Positions 1 to 58,436 of a stretch of 64,000 nucleotides of DNA are shown piece by piece. The stretch comes from the human T2T-CHM13v2.0 reference genome, Homo sapiens. The notes under the pieces were generated by a model, which did no database searches, was not told the DNA's origin, and saw only the letters and a program-made list of their open reading frames with translations. The stretch is taken from the NCBI RefSeq assembly GCF_009914755.1, contig NC_060933.1. One strand, given 5' to 3'. The stretch's first letter is position 1; each line of letters begins with the position of its first letter. A program made the translations under genes and the position numbers.

Positions 1-363
1 CTAGCCACACGGAGAGCAACCCTGGCCTGACCTCGCAGTGTTCCTCTAACTCCGTGGAAGACGCCTCATCCACCAGTAGCCTATGCTAGACCACTGGGTA
101 TCCCCTGCCCTTCGCGTCTCACAACCACCTAATCCTGGAGAGGCTGCCTTCTACCAAGGAGGTTCCTCCTCGGGTCGGTCTGAGCTGGCCTCTGGCCGCG
201 CCTTATGTTTTCTTCAGTCTGTTTTGTAGTCTTACTTCTAGTTCCTCAACTCATTCATTCATTTGACTGTCCCATGACATTGTTGTCAAATATCTTTTTA
301 AAAGTTAATGCGAATATTATCTAAAATTCTCCAAAACCCCTCCCTAATCCCTGTCCCCCCACC

Positions 364-482
364 TTTTTTGAGACGGGAGCTTGCTAGATTGCCCAGGCTG
401 GTCTTGAACTTATGGGCTTAAGTGATCCTCCCGACTCAGCCTCCTGAGTAGCTGGGATTACAGGCGTGCGGGCACCCTGCCT
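364..482 (-). mobile_element. Alu monomer (FLAM-like)
   Basis: poly-T followed by cccaggctggtcttgaact...gctgggattacaggcgtg. Confidence 0.8.
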
Positions 483-699
483 GTTTTGAGGAGAAAAAAA
501 AAATCCACATTTCTTAATATGGTATAGAAGGCCCGTTGTTTTGGCTGTTGCCTGCCTCTCTGGCCTCATCTCCTTCCATGCCCAACCTCACCCCCAGTAT
601 TCATACTTGTACCTCATGCTGCATTCATAATGAGCTACGTGCAGGAGCTGGAAATAGCCATACTTTTCTTAAAGCTTCCACAGTTTATGCATTCTGTTC

Positions 700-1010
700 T
701 CTCTCCCTAAAATGCCCATCCCCTTGGCTGATTCCTGGTGGCCTTTAAGACTCAGTAAGTGTCAGCTTTTCTGGGAAGCCTTCCCTGGCCACTTCTCTTC
801 CCACCGCCTCACCTAATAGGTGCGTGTTCTTGGTGCGGGCTCTCACCCTCATCCTAGTCCCATGGTATAACTGTTCTTATACCGGTTTGGCGCCTCCGCC
901 GGTCTGTGAGTCCTCAACAGAAACGACTGTTCTCAATTCTGAATCCCCAAGGCCTATCACAGCACCAGGCATAGAGTTGGCACTTCATGAACATTTGCCA
1001 GATGAGTTTT
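700..1010 (+). mobile_element. L2 3'-end fragment
   Basis: Degenerate L2 tail motifs (gaagccttccctg...agcaccaggcatagagttggcact...acatttg). Confidence 0.5.
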
Positions 1011-1388
1011 TTATGTACCAGTTTCTGGGTACTTATCAAATATACTAATACGGTGTGGGTCTTTTGGTCTTAGAACCCATTACACTCTTAAAAAGTATTG
1101 AAGACCCCCAAACAGCTTTTTTGTTGAAGTGGGTTATATCTACCAATAGTTGCCATATTAAAATGAAACTTGAGAAAAATTTTAAATATGTATCAATTCG
1201 TTAAAAATAACAAAAATAAACTCATTACACATTAATCATGTTAACATAATGTTCTAAATGAAAGATAACTATATTCCCATTCCCCGAATTAATGAGAGTA
1301 TGGAAATTATTTTACATTTTTACGAATCTCTTTACTCTCTGGCTTCCAAGGGGACAGCTGTATTATCAATATCTCCTTCCATATTTGA

Positions 1389-2270
<882 letters not shown>

Positions 2271-2281
2271 GGCATATTTAT

Positions 2282-2581
2282 GTTTTTTTGAGACAAGGTC
2301 TGGCTCTGTCACCCAGGCTGTAGTGCAGAGACACAATCACGGCTTGGCTCACTGCAGCCTTGACCTTCTGGGCTCAAGTGCTCTCTCCGCCTCAGTCTCC
2401 TCCAGTAGCTGGGACTACACATGTGCACCATCATACCCGGCCCTTTTTTTTTTTTTTTTAAATAGAGATGGTGTGCCACTATGTTGCCTAGGTTGGTCTC
2501 AAACTCCTAGGCTCAAGCTACCCTCCTGCCTCAGCCTCCCAAAGTGCTGGAATTACAGGCCTGAGCCACTGTGCCTGGCCG
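2282..2581 (-). mobile_element. AluJ
   Basis: J-type features (gctcactgcagccttgacc, gggctcaag). Confidence 0.9.
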
Positions 2582-2655
2582 ATAATTGGCAGTTTCTTAA
2601 GGGGCAGTTGCAATGTAGAATGTGAAACCATATCAGTGACCTTTTTGTACTGTTA

Positions 2656-3066
<411 letters not shown>

Positions 3067-3139
3067 TCACTGAGCTATGCAAATCTTCCAAATATTAATG
3101 TTTCATTATACATTATTTTAAAAATCACAATAGGTTTCA

Positions 3140-3599
<460 letters not shown>

Positions 3600-3932
3600 T
3601 CACTTGAAAGCTTGAATTATATCATTGGCAACAAACACTGTCAGATTTTTCCCTGAAGTGACAGACTCACTTTGTTCCTTTTTAGAAAAGTTCTGCCAGC
3701 TACCTAAATCTGATAACCACAGTTTGTCGGCCATTCTTTTGAGTAAACGTGGCATTCCATAAAAGAGCAGCTAGTTCAGCTCACAACTCAAAGAATGGCC
3801 TAAGTTATTTCCTCCAGAAAACCATCATACTTTGGTATGCAAAATGTCTTATGCATACTTCCCACTTTATCAGACAGAATGTTGAAAAGCCTTTTCCTTA
3901 AGGATTAAGGTTTAATTAAATTAATACATTTA

Positions 3933-4412
<480 letters not shown>

Positions 4413-4943
4413 AGGAAAATAATGTCTTGGTATTTTTATGAAAATAATTTTGACCTATGGACCCCTGAAAAGGTCTTAGGGAACCCTAGGGGTCTGAGGA
4501 CCACATTTGAAGAGCTGCTGGTTTAATAGGTTTTAAAGCCTCTCCCCAGATGGCTCCCAAGGTATCACTAGTGAGAAGTATGTGATTGGTCCCAGTTCCT
4601 GAGGACATGACAAGGAAATGGTAACAGGAGTAAGCAGCTGTCCTGGGCTCCTAGCTGGAGTTCAAAGTCTAGACTGCCACTTGTCGGGGAGGTTATAGAA
4701 GGGATTTGATCTCCAAGGTCCTCAACTGATACTATGACATTGAATCTGGGATTAGGGAGCCCCCACAGTATGTACTGGAGTTGCCAGTCCTCTGCGTCAG
4801 AGAAGTGATAATACATCTCAATTTTCCAGTGCTTAGCACAAGCATGGCTTAGTAAATATTGAATGAATGAATCACAGGTGATAGGAGTGATGGTAGGAGG
4901 TTGGCACCATCCCTAATGGGCTGTCCTAGAGTTCCATCTACTT

Positions 4944-5096
4944 TCTTAGAGAAGGGCTCTCACTCCGTCACCCAGGCTGGTGCACAGTGGCACCATCATA
5001 GCTCACTGCAGCCTTGAACTCCTGGTCTCAAGCAGTCCTCCTGCCTCAGCCTTTTAAGTAGCTGGGATTAGAGGCTCGAACCACCGTTACCAGCTA
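4944..5096 (-). mobile_element. Alu monomer (FRAM/AluJ right arm) with TSD ttccatctactt
   Basis: cccaggctgg...gctcactgcagccttgaactcc; direct repeats at ~4932 and ~5099. Confidence 0.8.
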
Positions 5097-5994
5097 CATT
5101 CCATCTACTTCAAGCTTTCCCTAATGTGGTGGGAGTAGAAGGTGTTAGTAGCAGATGGGTGGCGTTTGTGTTCTACTTGAGGAAATAATGTACTGGGCGG
5201 TAGGGCTGACTAAAGAATCACGCATGAAAATAGTTGCCAACCTAAGACGACTGTCAGAGAGTCCATGCATTATGGACAGAGTGGCTGGATGGGGACGTGG
5301 AAGCACACAGCATCCACCTCTCTGACTGCCTCTTTCCACTGACCCACCAGATAAGCAGGGTGGCTGGAACAGGGCTGCTAGCACCTTCCTGGCCACTAGG
5401 GGAGCTCTGCCCCCTCTAACAATAAATTCTCACACCTGGGTCAAGCTCTTCACTTTTAGTGCTACCCTAGGCAGGAGTGTCCCAACCCAATCAAGAGCGG
5501 TGCCTACCCGAGGCAGCCTCAAGTTGGGATTTTTCTGCTTGCTAATGGCTTCAATCAGTTTTGTGGCCATAGTTCTCTTAGGCTCAGACACTTACAGGCA
5601 TATTATTTTTAGCAAAGCTTCTTTTGAAAATTTGAATTTGGTCAAGGACTGGATTTGTTGACATACCCTGAGTAGCTATGAAGAACAGAATGTCCTGGTA
5701 GCCACAAGGAACTGTGGTAGCTGCTGTCCCAGCAGCAGAAGAACGACACTTTGTGAGGCTTAGGTGCTGGCCAGGGAGGTGAGGATAACAGGAGTATGAC
5801 TTCTCAGGCACAACTTCCCCATTGGATAACTTTAGGGTCCGGGTGCAAGGAGGAAGGGACCTCAGGTGCAGACTGCCAGTCTTCCCCTCTCCCATTTCAA
5901 GCTGGATCAAGCTGGGTGACAGAATTCAACCCCACTGTCTCTCCTACTGCCCTGGGAGAAAACTTGTATCTCCCTTGAAGCCAGGCAGAGGTTG

Positions 5995-6445
5995 TAGGTA
6001 GAATCATTTTTATTGGAGCATGACCTGTTTGGGGCTTATAACTCTGCAGCCCCTATGGGTAGCTGGGGGTGGGGGAAGATAGTATCAAAAAACGGTGAAG
6101 AGAGCTGATGAGGCTGTGGGGACTGGCTGGAAGCTGCTGGCAGGGTGGAGTGGGCTGGGGCCCCGGCAGATTCAGATCGAGGTACAGCAGCGTTAATAAT
6201 ACTCTTGGAGCGTTAATACTCTGGGGAGGGGCAGGCACTTGGGGGGCCCTAGGGCATGAAGGCACTTGGGGTTGGGGAGGGGACAGGGGATGTACTGCGG
6301 GACTGGGCGGGGCCAGGCCCTGGGGTTTGGCAGGCACTTTGGGGAGTGCTGGGGTTGGGCAGGTTGGGCCCCGACAGCCCAGAAGGCTTTGGTAGTGGCA
6401 CGCACAGTCTCTGGGCCGGGTCTGCATTAAATAGAAGAGGCTTCT
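5995..6445 (-). other. TLN1: TLN1 3' UTR with AATAAA at 6009-6014
   Basis: Follows the stop codon. The + strand tttatt at 6009-6014 reads AATAAA on the minus strand. The cleavage site is approximate. Confidence 0.85.
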
Positions 6446-34352
<27,907 letters not shown>

Positions 34353-34567
34353 GGTGGCAGCTTCTTTTCTCCAGCCTGGCTATACCTGACCCATGGCATC
34401 AGGGCATTAGAATACACTCTTCTGGTGGGAGAAGAGGCCCCCCAGATGGTGGAGTCCAAGGGAAGAGTGTTTTTGAAAGGGACTCACCAAAGTAGATGGT
34501 AATAAGGTTGTTTTCATTGTATTTAATAATTTTAAAGAGTGAAAAATTATTTACATCAAAAGAATGA

Positions 34568-34865
<298 letters not shown>

Positions 34866-37419
34866 AAGTCCTAACAATTTAAGACATCTGAGGGAAAGGA
34901 GAAGCTGGTCTGCAAGGTACAATAGCAGGTCTGAAATGCAGTGCTACCTGAGGACACTGCCCTGCCCCACCACTGGAATTTGTACCTCCCTACTTTCATC
35001 CAAGTATCTCTCTTGCCCCTTGTCCCTGATCACCTTTCTCAGCCCTACTCCTGCCTTGTTTTCATTTTTGCCTGGTTCAGTATTTTTCTCTCTTTGTCTC
35101 CTGCTGTGTCCTGCTGGCTCTTCCCTGTCCGGGATTTTCAGAGCTCTCTTCTCACCACGTGACCTTCCTTCTCATGGCTTTAGCTGCCTTCTCTGCAAAA
35201 TGAAGATGTTATAATTCCCTAAGGCTCTTGAAGCCTGCAAACAAACTCTAGCTAGCCTGGCAGGGAGACCAAATACTGGTTGCTCAAGCCATTCAGGGGT
35301 CCGCTCTTGCCCCAGCTTTTTTCTAACCTGAGATGCGGGGGCCTTCTGAAGGAGCCTAGCCCTGTACTGGGCTTCCCAGGCAGTCAAGCTAGAAATGTGA
35401 TTCTCTAACTCAAAGGGATCTATCTCAGAAGTTATCTGGTCAACTCTTGTGTTTTGGAGAAGGGGAAATAGACTCTGGGAGGCCAGGAAACATTTTCAAG
35501 ACAGGCCAGAGAAAGGACCCAGTCCCTGTAACTCAGTCCTTGCTTGTTCCAAGTCATCAAGTTAATACTCAGTCCTGCAACTCCTCCCATGCTTTCTCCT
35601 CTTCAGCAAGTCTGTCTCGAATTCTGCTCTGTCTCACCCACTTCCCCTGACTGTATTTTCAGTGCAGCTCAGAATACTAGTCCTACCCCACCTTCTTCCA
35701 CCCTCCTGGCACCCCCTCTCAGCAGGCTAGAGGAGGCACTGGAGGCAGCAGGTGGCGCACAGGCTGCAAGAGGACAAGTCTGCCCGGCTGCTGCTGATGT
35801 GCCCCTGCTTGGTACAGGGATTGGGTGCCTCTTAACTAAGAGAATGGGCAAATACAAGCTGCCCATTCCCCTCCTGGCAAACTACAAGCCTCAAATGGGG
35901 AAAAGCAGGGTGAGAGGGGAAGGCTGGAAAGCAGAGATGGGGGTGTTAGGATACAGAAGGCATTTGAAAGCCAGGGAAGTTAAGAAGGGGTAGAGGGTAA
36001 AGAAGTTAGGAGAGATGGGATGAGGAGAATTGAAAATCTAAGTAGAAACAAGAGACAGGAGGCAGGTATGAAAATGGTCTAGATCAGCGGTCTGGTACCA
36101 AGTGGCAGATAGACCATTTCTGACCTTACAAGCAGTCCAGAGTCTCAAAAGAGAAGAACCACAGCTCTCTGTCTTTACTCCCCAATAAGAGAGGACCCTC
36201 CCAGTCTCCCCAGTTCCAGCTCTCTGCCCCCTCCCCACTCCTGGGGCACTTTGCCCAACCTTATTACTATCCGCTTGTGTCCCAGCTGGACAGACCTGGC
36301 TATGGGGTTGCTGACCATGAAAGAATGAGGGCTGGGCTGGTGGATCCGAGAAGCTGGAGGAGTCTGTGGAGCCAAGAAGCAGGACTGAAAGGACCCTTCA
36401 CACTAAGCTGAAACTGCATGTCTCCCCCCATTTCCTCCGGACACTTAGACACCCCCTTCCTCCTCAAGCACGGAAGCCTCTGGTGAGACCCCGATAAGGG
36501 AGCTGAGTCATGCCTACCCTTACTCCCCAGCTGGTCCAGAGTGGATATTCACACAGCTACAAGAGGGTGTGTGGACGCGAAGAACTGATCAGTGAATTGT
36601 GGGTGGTGGTGGCAAAGAACAAGGCTGCTACAAGTATGAGTAGAAGCTAGCTCATTCCTCCTTTGGCCTGAGAACTTTGCTCCCTTTTCCATTGTGTTTG
36701 ATGGAACAGCAACTCCCCACTGCCGTGTCCCCCTCCCAGGGAACTCCTCCTCCCTCAATACATTCCTGCGATGCATTCCAAAGAAGTTGGGCAATTGGAG
36801 GGGGGGAATGGAGGACAGGAGGTCAAATCCCAGCAAGGAATGGAATGTAAGAGTATTGGAGCTAAGAAAGTTGGGGTACTTGGAGAATATAGTCAGAGCA
36901 GATACCCACAAGGGGAATTGCAGAAAGATAGGGAGTTACAGACAGGAACAAAAGGAAAGAGCTTAAGACAGTCAGAATATAAGAGGGATGGGGGAGTAAC
37001 ACTCAGTCTGTTACCAAATTTGGCCTCTGAGTCCGCAACCGCTGGCAGTGGGGGAGGGCTGTGGGTGAGACTGACATATCCGGCCTCAGGCTGCTGGAGA
37101 CTCATTTAGAGCTGGACTGGGCAGCTAGCTGAAGGGCTGCACAGAACTTCCCCCGGTACAGCCCCTCCATACTCAAATGCACACTCATTCTCCCCAGATG
37201 CACCCCAGCCTAGGCAGAGCTCTTTCCCACAAAGCTACCTTACTCTCTCTATACACACATTATCTCAATCACACAGCCCCCACACAGATCCCATCACGAC
37301 TGCATTATCTTCTCCTAGGGAGCCCATCCTATGCACACAGCTTTTGCACAGATAACCTCCATAACAAGCACACCCGGCACCCAGTGTCTCTCCTCCCATT
37401 ATGTAGACATTCTCCATTC

Positions 37420-38370
37420 ACCCAGCAAGCATTCCTTGAGGGCCAGCTGTGGGGAAGACCCTGGGCCAAACTTTCAGTGGCTGGGGACCAAGATCAGTAA
37501 GACCTAGCCTTTGAGTTCAAAGGGCTCCCAGTCCACGAGATGAGTGAATAAGCCAAGTACAGAATCACAACGGAGGGCAGGATGTGGTAAGAGCCAAAAG
37601 GTGTGTGCTCAGAGAGATCCCTTTAGGTCAGGGAAGGGGAACCAAAAAGTCTCCATGATAAGTATCATTTGAAGCTAGAATTTTAAAAAATAGAGATAAT
37701 AAAAAACAATAGTGATCTGCCATTTATTGACTCTATGTCACTTGCATTGTATACATAATTTCATTTAATCCTTACAGTAGGTGTCATTATTTCCATTTTT
37801 ACAGATCAGAAAACAGACTCAAAGATGTTAAATACTTGTTCAAATACTTCTCCAAATAATAAGTTGTGAAGCCAGGATCCGAACCCAGGTTTCTGACTGC
37901 AAAGCCCAAGCTTTCTCCACTACGCCAGCCAGCTGGAGATGTGTCAGGGGTAGTTTTCACTCCAGGCAGAGAAATAGCATAAGCAAAGATGGAGAAGCAG
38001 TAAATCGTGGAGGAGCATTCAGGGAAGTGAGCAGGCAGGCTGTTGAAGCACAGGGGTACCTGCAAGGGAGCAGTGGTGGGGAAGTCAGGGTTAGGATGGA
38101 AAGGCAGAGGAAGACTGGAGAGGGGTATGAGGAATTTTACTTATTGGAGGACAAAAGGAAGCCAAGGGAGTCTTTGAGCAGAGAAGAGACATAACCGGAA
38201 CTGGATTTTAGAAAAATAACTCTGGCAGTTACCTTGGAGATTAGTTAGAAGGACACTGTATTAGTACAAATTAAAGGTAATGAAGCCGGAGTTGGAATGG
38301 CATTGAGGAAGATGTCACTCAGAACAAGTTTGGGGAGGTAGAAATGACAGGACCTAATAACTACTAAGGT
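37420..38370 (-). mobile_element. L2 fragments with a nested MIR (~37700-37925)
   Basis: MIR core (cattttacagatcagaaaacagactcaaagatgttaa) inside L2-like purine-rich sequence. Confidence 0.6.
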
Positions 38371-38609
38371 AGACAGGTTAGAGTCCCACAGCTTCCTATC
38401 ATCAGCAGCCACTTTAGCGGCTGGGGCAGCTTGAGTTTAGGCGACGAATTGGGAAGAGGGGAAAGGATCAGGTTGGGCAGAGAATGTGAGGATGAGGCTG
38501 TGGTTACGGGATGTGGTTAGGCTGTGGGGAAAAAGGGTATGAGTATATGATTAGTAGCCACTAGGGGCAGATGGGGTTGGGTTAGTGACTGCATCAGGCT
38601 GGGAATGGG

Positions 38610-38686
38610 GAAGACAGGGTGTAGAAAAAGGATGAGAAGACATGGTGTAGAAAAAGGATGAGAAGACAGGGTGTAGAAAAAGAATG
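38610..38686 (+). repeat. 26-bp tandem repeat, ~3 copies
   Basis: Unit gaagacagggtgtagaaaaaggatga. Confidence 0.9.
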
Positions 38687-40479
38687 CTGGTGATGATGGT
38701 GTTTGGAAAAATACATATACATAAGATACATATATGACCAGTCACTGCATCAGGTTGGGGGAAGGGGAATGATTACATGGATGGTGGCTAAGTCAGGGAA
38801 TGATGGGGTGAGGTCAGAGGCCAGGTCAGGCTATAGGAGGTTGAGAAGAGCTGGGCCTGTGGTCAGTCACTAAATCAGACTGGGGTGGGGGTGGGAAAGT
38901 GAAGGGACATTGGCAATGTCTAAGTAAAGCTGGAGCTGGGATGGGGGATGGGGTACAGCCAGTGGCTGGGTCAGGCTGAGTAGAGGATAGTGCTGTGGTC
39001 AGTGGCAGGGTCAGGCTGGGAGTGAAGTGGGGGTGTGGTCAGTGGCCTGGCTGGGCGTGGGATCAGCAAGACCCAGTTTCCTCTTTGGGTCTCGTTTCCT
39101 CTTTTCTGTTGGGGAGTGGGGGAAGGGGATCTACAAATGGTCCAAGAAATTAAAAGAGGCTTAGATCCAGGGGGTGACACACAGCAGGGGATGGGAGTAG
39201 GGTATTCAGCAGATGACCAGGTGGAATGTAGGTACATGACTGGGTGAAAATGGTAGGAGAGTAATTTAAAATGATGGGAAAGCTCAGGTTTTGATGAGGG
39301 TAAATTCAGGTAGGATGTGCGGATTAAAGGTTGGTGAGGGAGGTAGAACTAAGGATGGGAACGGATGATAAGATGAGCATGGGAGAGTTAAAGGCAAGGG
39401 AAGTATTTTGTAAGGGGATAGGCAGGATGGGTGTGAAATGCAGAGTCAGGGATGAGAGTTGGAGAGGAGGGCTTAATACCAAGAGAACAAGTGAAGTGGG
39501 AGAAGCAGGGCTAAACTTTCAGGGGATTCAGTTATTCCCTTCTCCCATGGCAACAGTGATTCCTTGGTTAGCTTCCCCCATAGTCATCAGCTCCTTCTTC
39601 CCTAGGCAGTCCCCAACTTGTGACTAGGCCTTGTACATCCTGGGTCCCTATTTCCCACCTATGTTGTCTGTAAACAACACAGTCCAGAATCTCTGTCCCC
39701 TAACTGTGGTGGCCACAGCAAGGGCCTTGGGCTTAGAGAATGGAATAAAGAAGCTGGAATCCCAGATGCCTGCAATTCTAGCTAAAGCCAGAACGCTAGC
39801 CTGAAATTAGTTTATCTCTCTGGGTAAAAAGAAGCCCCTGTAACTACATAGGAATAAAGGATTTCCCTACAAAAGAAGGGCATTTACCTACTGCCAACCT
39901 CTTAAATTTTATCTGCTCAAGGTCAACTATGCTAGCCTCAAACCACAACCCCTAAAGCTGCCCCAAATTCCTAACATTAACCCCACCTCTAATTTGTTTC
40001 CTGATTCCCAGTACCGGCTTGGACATTCATCCCTTTCCTAGCACAGACTCATATCCAATCCCTGATCCCTGAAACTGATCTAAGTTTTGCCTTTAGCACC
40101 AAATCCCGATGTTAACCCTAAATGTTGACCCCTAAGCCTAAAGTTCATTTATAATTTGATTCCTAACTCACGCTTTCACTGTTTATCCTTAACACCGACC
40201 ATGCCAACATTCTTTAATCCCTCAAACAAGCTCTAACCTGATTCCTGTTGTTGACCCTTAACCTGACCCTGAACTCAAATTATGACGTATGATGGCCATC
40301 CCAGCAAACAAGATAATGACCGTAATCTAAACCTTACCTATCTAAAACGGACCTGACTCACACTAACTCTTAAGTTTTAACCCCAGCTTTTAACTCCTAT
40401 AGCGACCCTTGATTCCTAAACGGACCCCACCTAATCCCCAACTCACCCAAAGCTTTCCTACCCACATGCCCGCTATCAG

Positions 40480-41452
40480 CTAACACCAAAGCCCGTCCCC
40501 GCCCTGCGCCCCGCTGCCACCCGACTCCTCACGCTCCCCAAAGCCTATCCCAGACATAGGACTGCTCCCAGGAAAGGCCTGTCTTCCCCAAGACGGCCTA
40601 CTTCACGCCGAGCTCAAGCCGAGATGCGCTGGACGCTGACCTCTCCAACTAATAGGACCCGAACCGGACACGCAAGAGAGGCAGGGCCCGCCCGCCCCGG
40701 GGCCAGGCCCCGCGGCCCCACCCTAAGGCCCCCGCCCGGCCCGGTCTGGCCTACCTGCGCTGCCTGGCTCTGCGCCCCGCCCGCCGGCCCGCCGCCCCGC
40801 CGCTTCTCGGGTCGCCCTCGGGCTCCGGCCTCGCCCTCCCTTCGACACTCTCTCGGCCACTTCCGTCCTGGGAACGTCCCCCACCCGCGGGCGGCGCCCT
40901 GGGCCCGCGCTCTATGGTCGCGGGGGGCAGGCAGGAAGCTGCTCTGGCCCCGTTCTCGATGCTCGGGAGCCGCCAAAGCCCGGCAGCCCCTCCCTGGCAG
41001 GAAGCGAGGGTGCGGCGCAATCCGGAGAGGACGCCAGGACGACGCCCGAGTTCCCTTTCAGGCTAGAACTCTTCCTTTTTCTAGCTTGGGGTAGAAGGCG
41101 GAGCCGGAGCCCCGGAACCCCCGCCCTCGGGGTGCGAGGCGGCAGCAGGGCCGTCCCCTACATTTGCATAGCCCCTGGGACGTGGCGCTGCACCCAAGCC
41201 TCTTCTCAGTTGGAGGGAACTCCAAGTCCCACAGTGCCACGGGGTGGGGTGCGTCACTTTCGCTGCGTTGGAGGCTGAGGAGAATTGAGCCTGGGAGGCG
41301 GGTCCGGAGAGGGCTATGGAAAGCCGCCGGCGGGGAATCCCGGCCGTAGAGGGACAGTGGATAGGTGCCCGAGGCCTACAGCTGGCCTGGGGCTCGTGTC
41401 TGGGCTTCGGACGTTGGGGCCCGGTGGCCCACCCTTTCCGTAGTTGTCCCAA

Positions 41453-41460
<8 letters not shown>
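40480..41460. promoter_or_regulatory. CpG island / bidirectional promoter of TLN1 (-) and CREB3 (+)
   Basis: Very high GC and CpG content, GC boxes, an ETS site CACTTCCG at ~40858, an octamer ATTTGCAT at 41162-41169 and a CRE-like TGCGTCA at 41250-41256. The first exons are head-to-head. Confidence 0.9.
40755..40875 (-). other. TLN1: TLN1 non-coding exon 1 (5' end approximate)
   Basis: GC-rich segment in a CpG island ending at the donor GCAG|GTAGGC (40755/40754). It splices to the acceptor before 34385. Confidence 0.8.
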
Positions 41461-45406
<3,946 letters not shown>

Positions 45407-45464
45407 ATATGAGGATATGTGGGGGGTCTCAGCAGGAGCCTGGGGGGCTCCCCATCTGTGTCCA

Positions 45465-45666
45465 AATAAAAAGCGGTGGGCAAGGGCTGGCCGCAGCTCC
45501 TGTGCCCTGTCAGGACGACTGAGGGCTCAAACACACCACACTTAATGGCTTTCTGGGTCTTTTATTTGTACCCATGTGTCTGTCACACCATGAATGTACC
45601 TGGGGAAATCAACTGACCTCCCTGAACATTTCACGCAGTCAGGGAACAGGTGAGGAAAGAAATAAA
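45465..45666. terminator. Poly(A) signals: CREB3 AATAAA at 45465-45470 and 45661-45666 (+); GBA2 AATAAA at 45561-45566 (-)
   Basis: Hexamers read directly from the sequence downstream of each stop codon. Confidence 0.8.
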
Positions 45667-45848
45667 TAAGTGATTCTAATGCTGCCTAGGTCACCCTCAA
45701 CCCCCATTTACTGGCACAATTGGGTGGAGAGAAGGGAAGGGGTATGATTGTCCTGATGGCTCAGGGTTGCAGGAGGTTCAGAGGGGAAGGAGGAAAGGCC
45801 AGGCTGGAGGCTGGGCTGTTAGCACTTCCCTCCCACAGTTCAGACGGC

Positions 45849-58220
<12,372 letters not shown>

Positions 58221-58436
58221 AGAGCGATGTCCTCCCCCTGGGCAGTACTGAGTCTTCAGTCGCCTCCCTCCCACCCGCCTACCCCTCCTATATCCAGGAG
58301 CTCCCTCGGGCACCACGGTGCTGACCACCCCTGTCCTCAGCCCTCAGCCCTAGGTGCTCACCGCAACGCCCCTCCCTGTCAAGGTGCTGACCTCCGCCCC
58401 GCCTTGTTTCCTTCTAGATCTGATTCCGGAGCTGCC

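Noticed and set aside
1-360. Possible upstream regulatory region of the neighbouring TPM2 gene
   Set aside because: Expected from locus knowledge only. No exon or clear motif is visible in the window.
38610-38686. Repeat array considered as CRISPR-like
   Set aside because: Head-to-tail 26-mers with no spacers in human DNA; an ordinary minisatellite.
40614-41094. Long Pro/Arg/Gly-rich ORFs across the TLN1 promoter (likewise 57524-58074)
   Set aside because: Stop-codon scarcity in CpG islands explains them.
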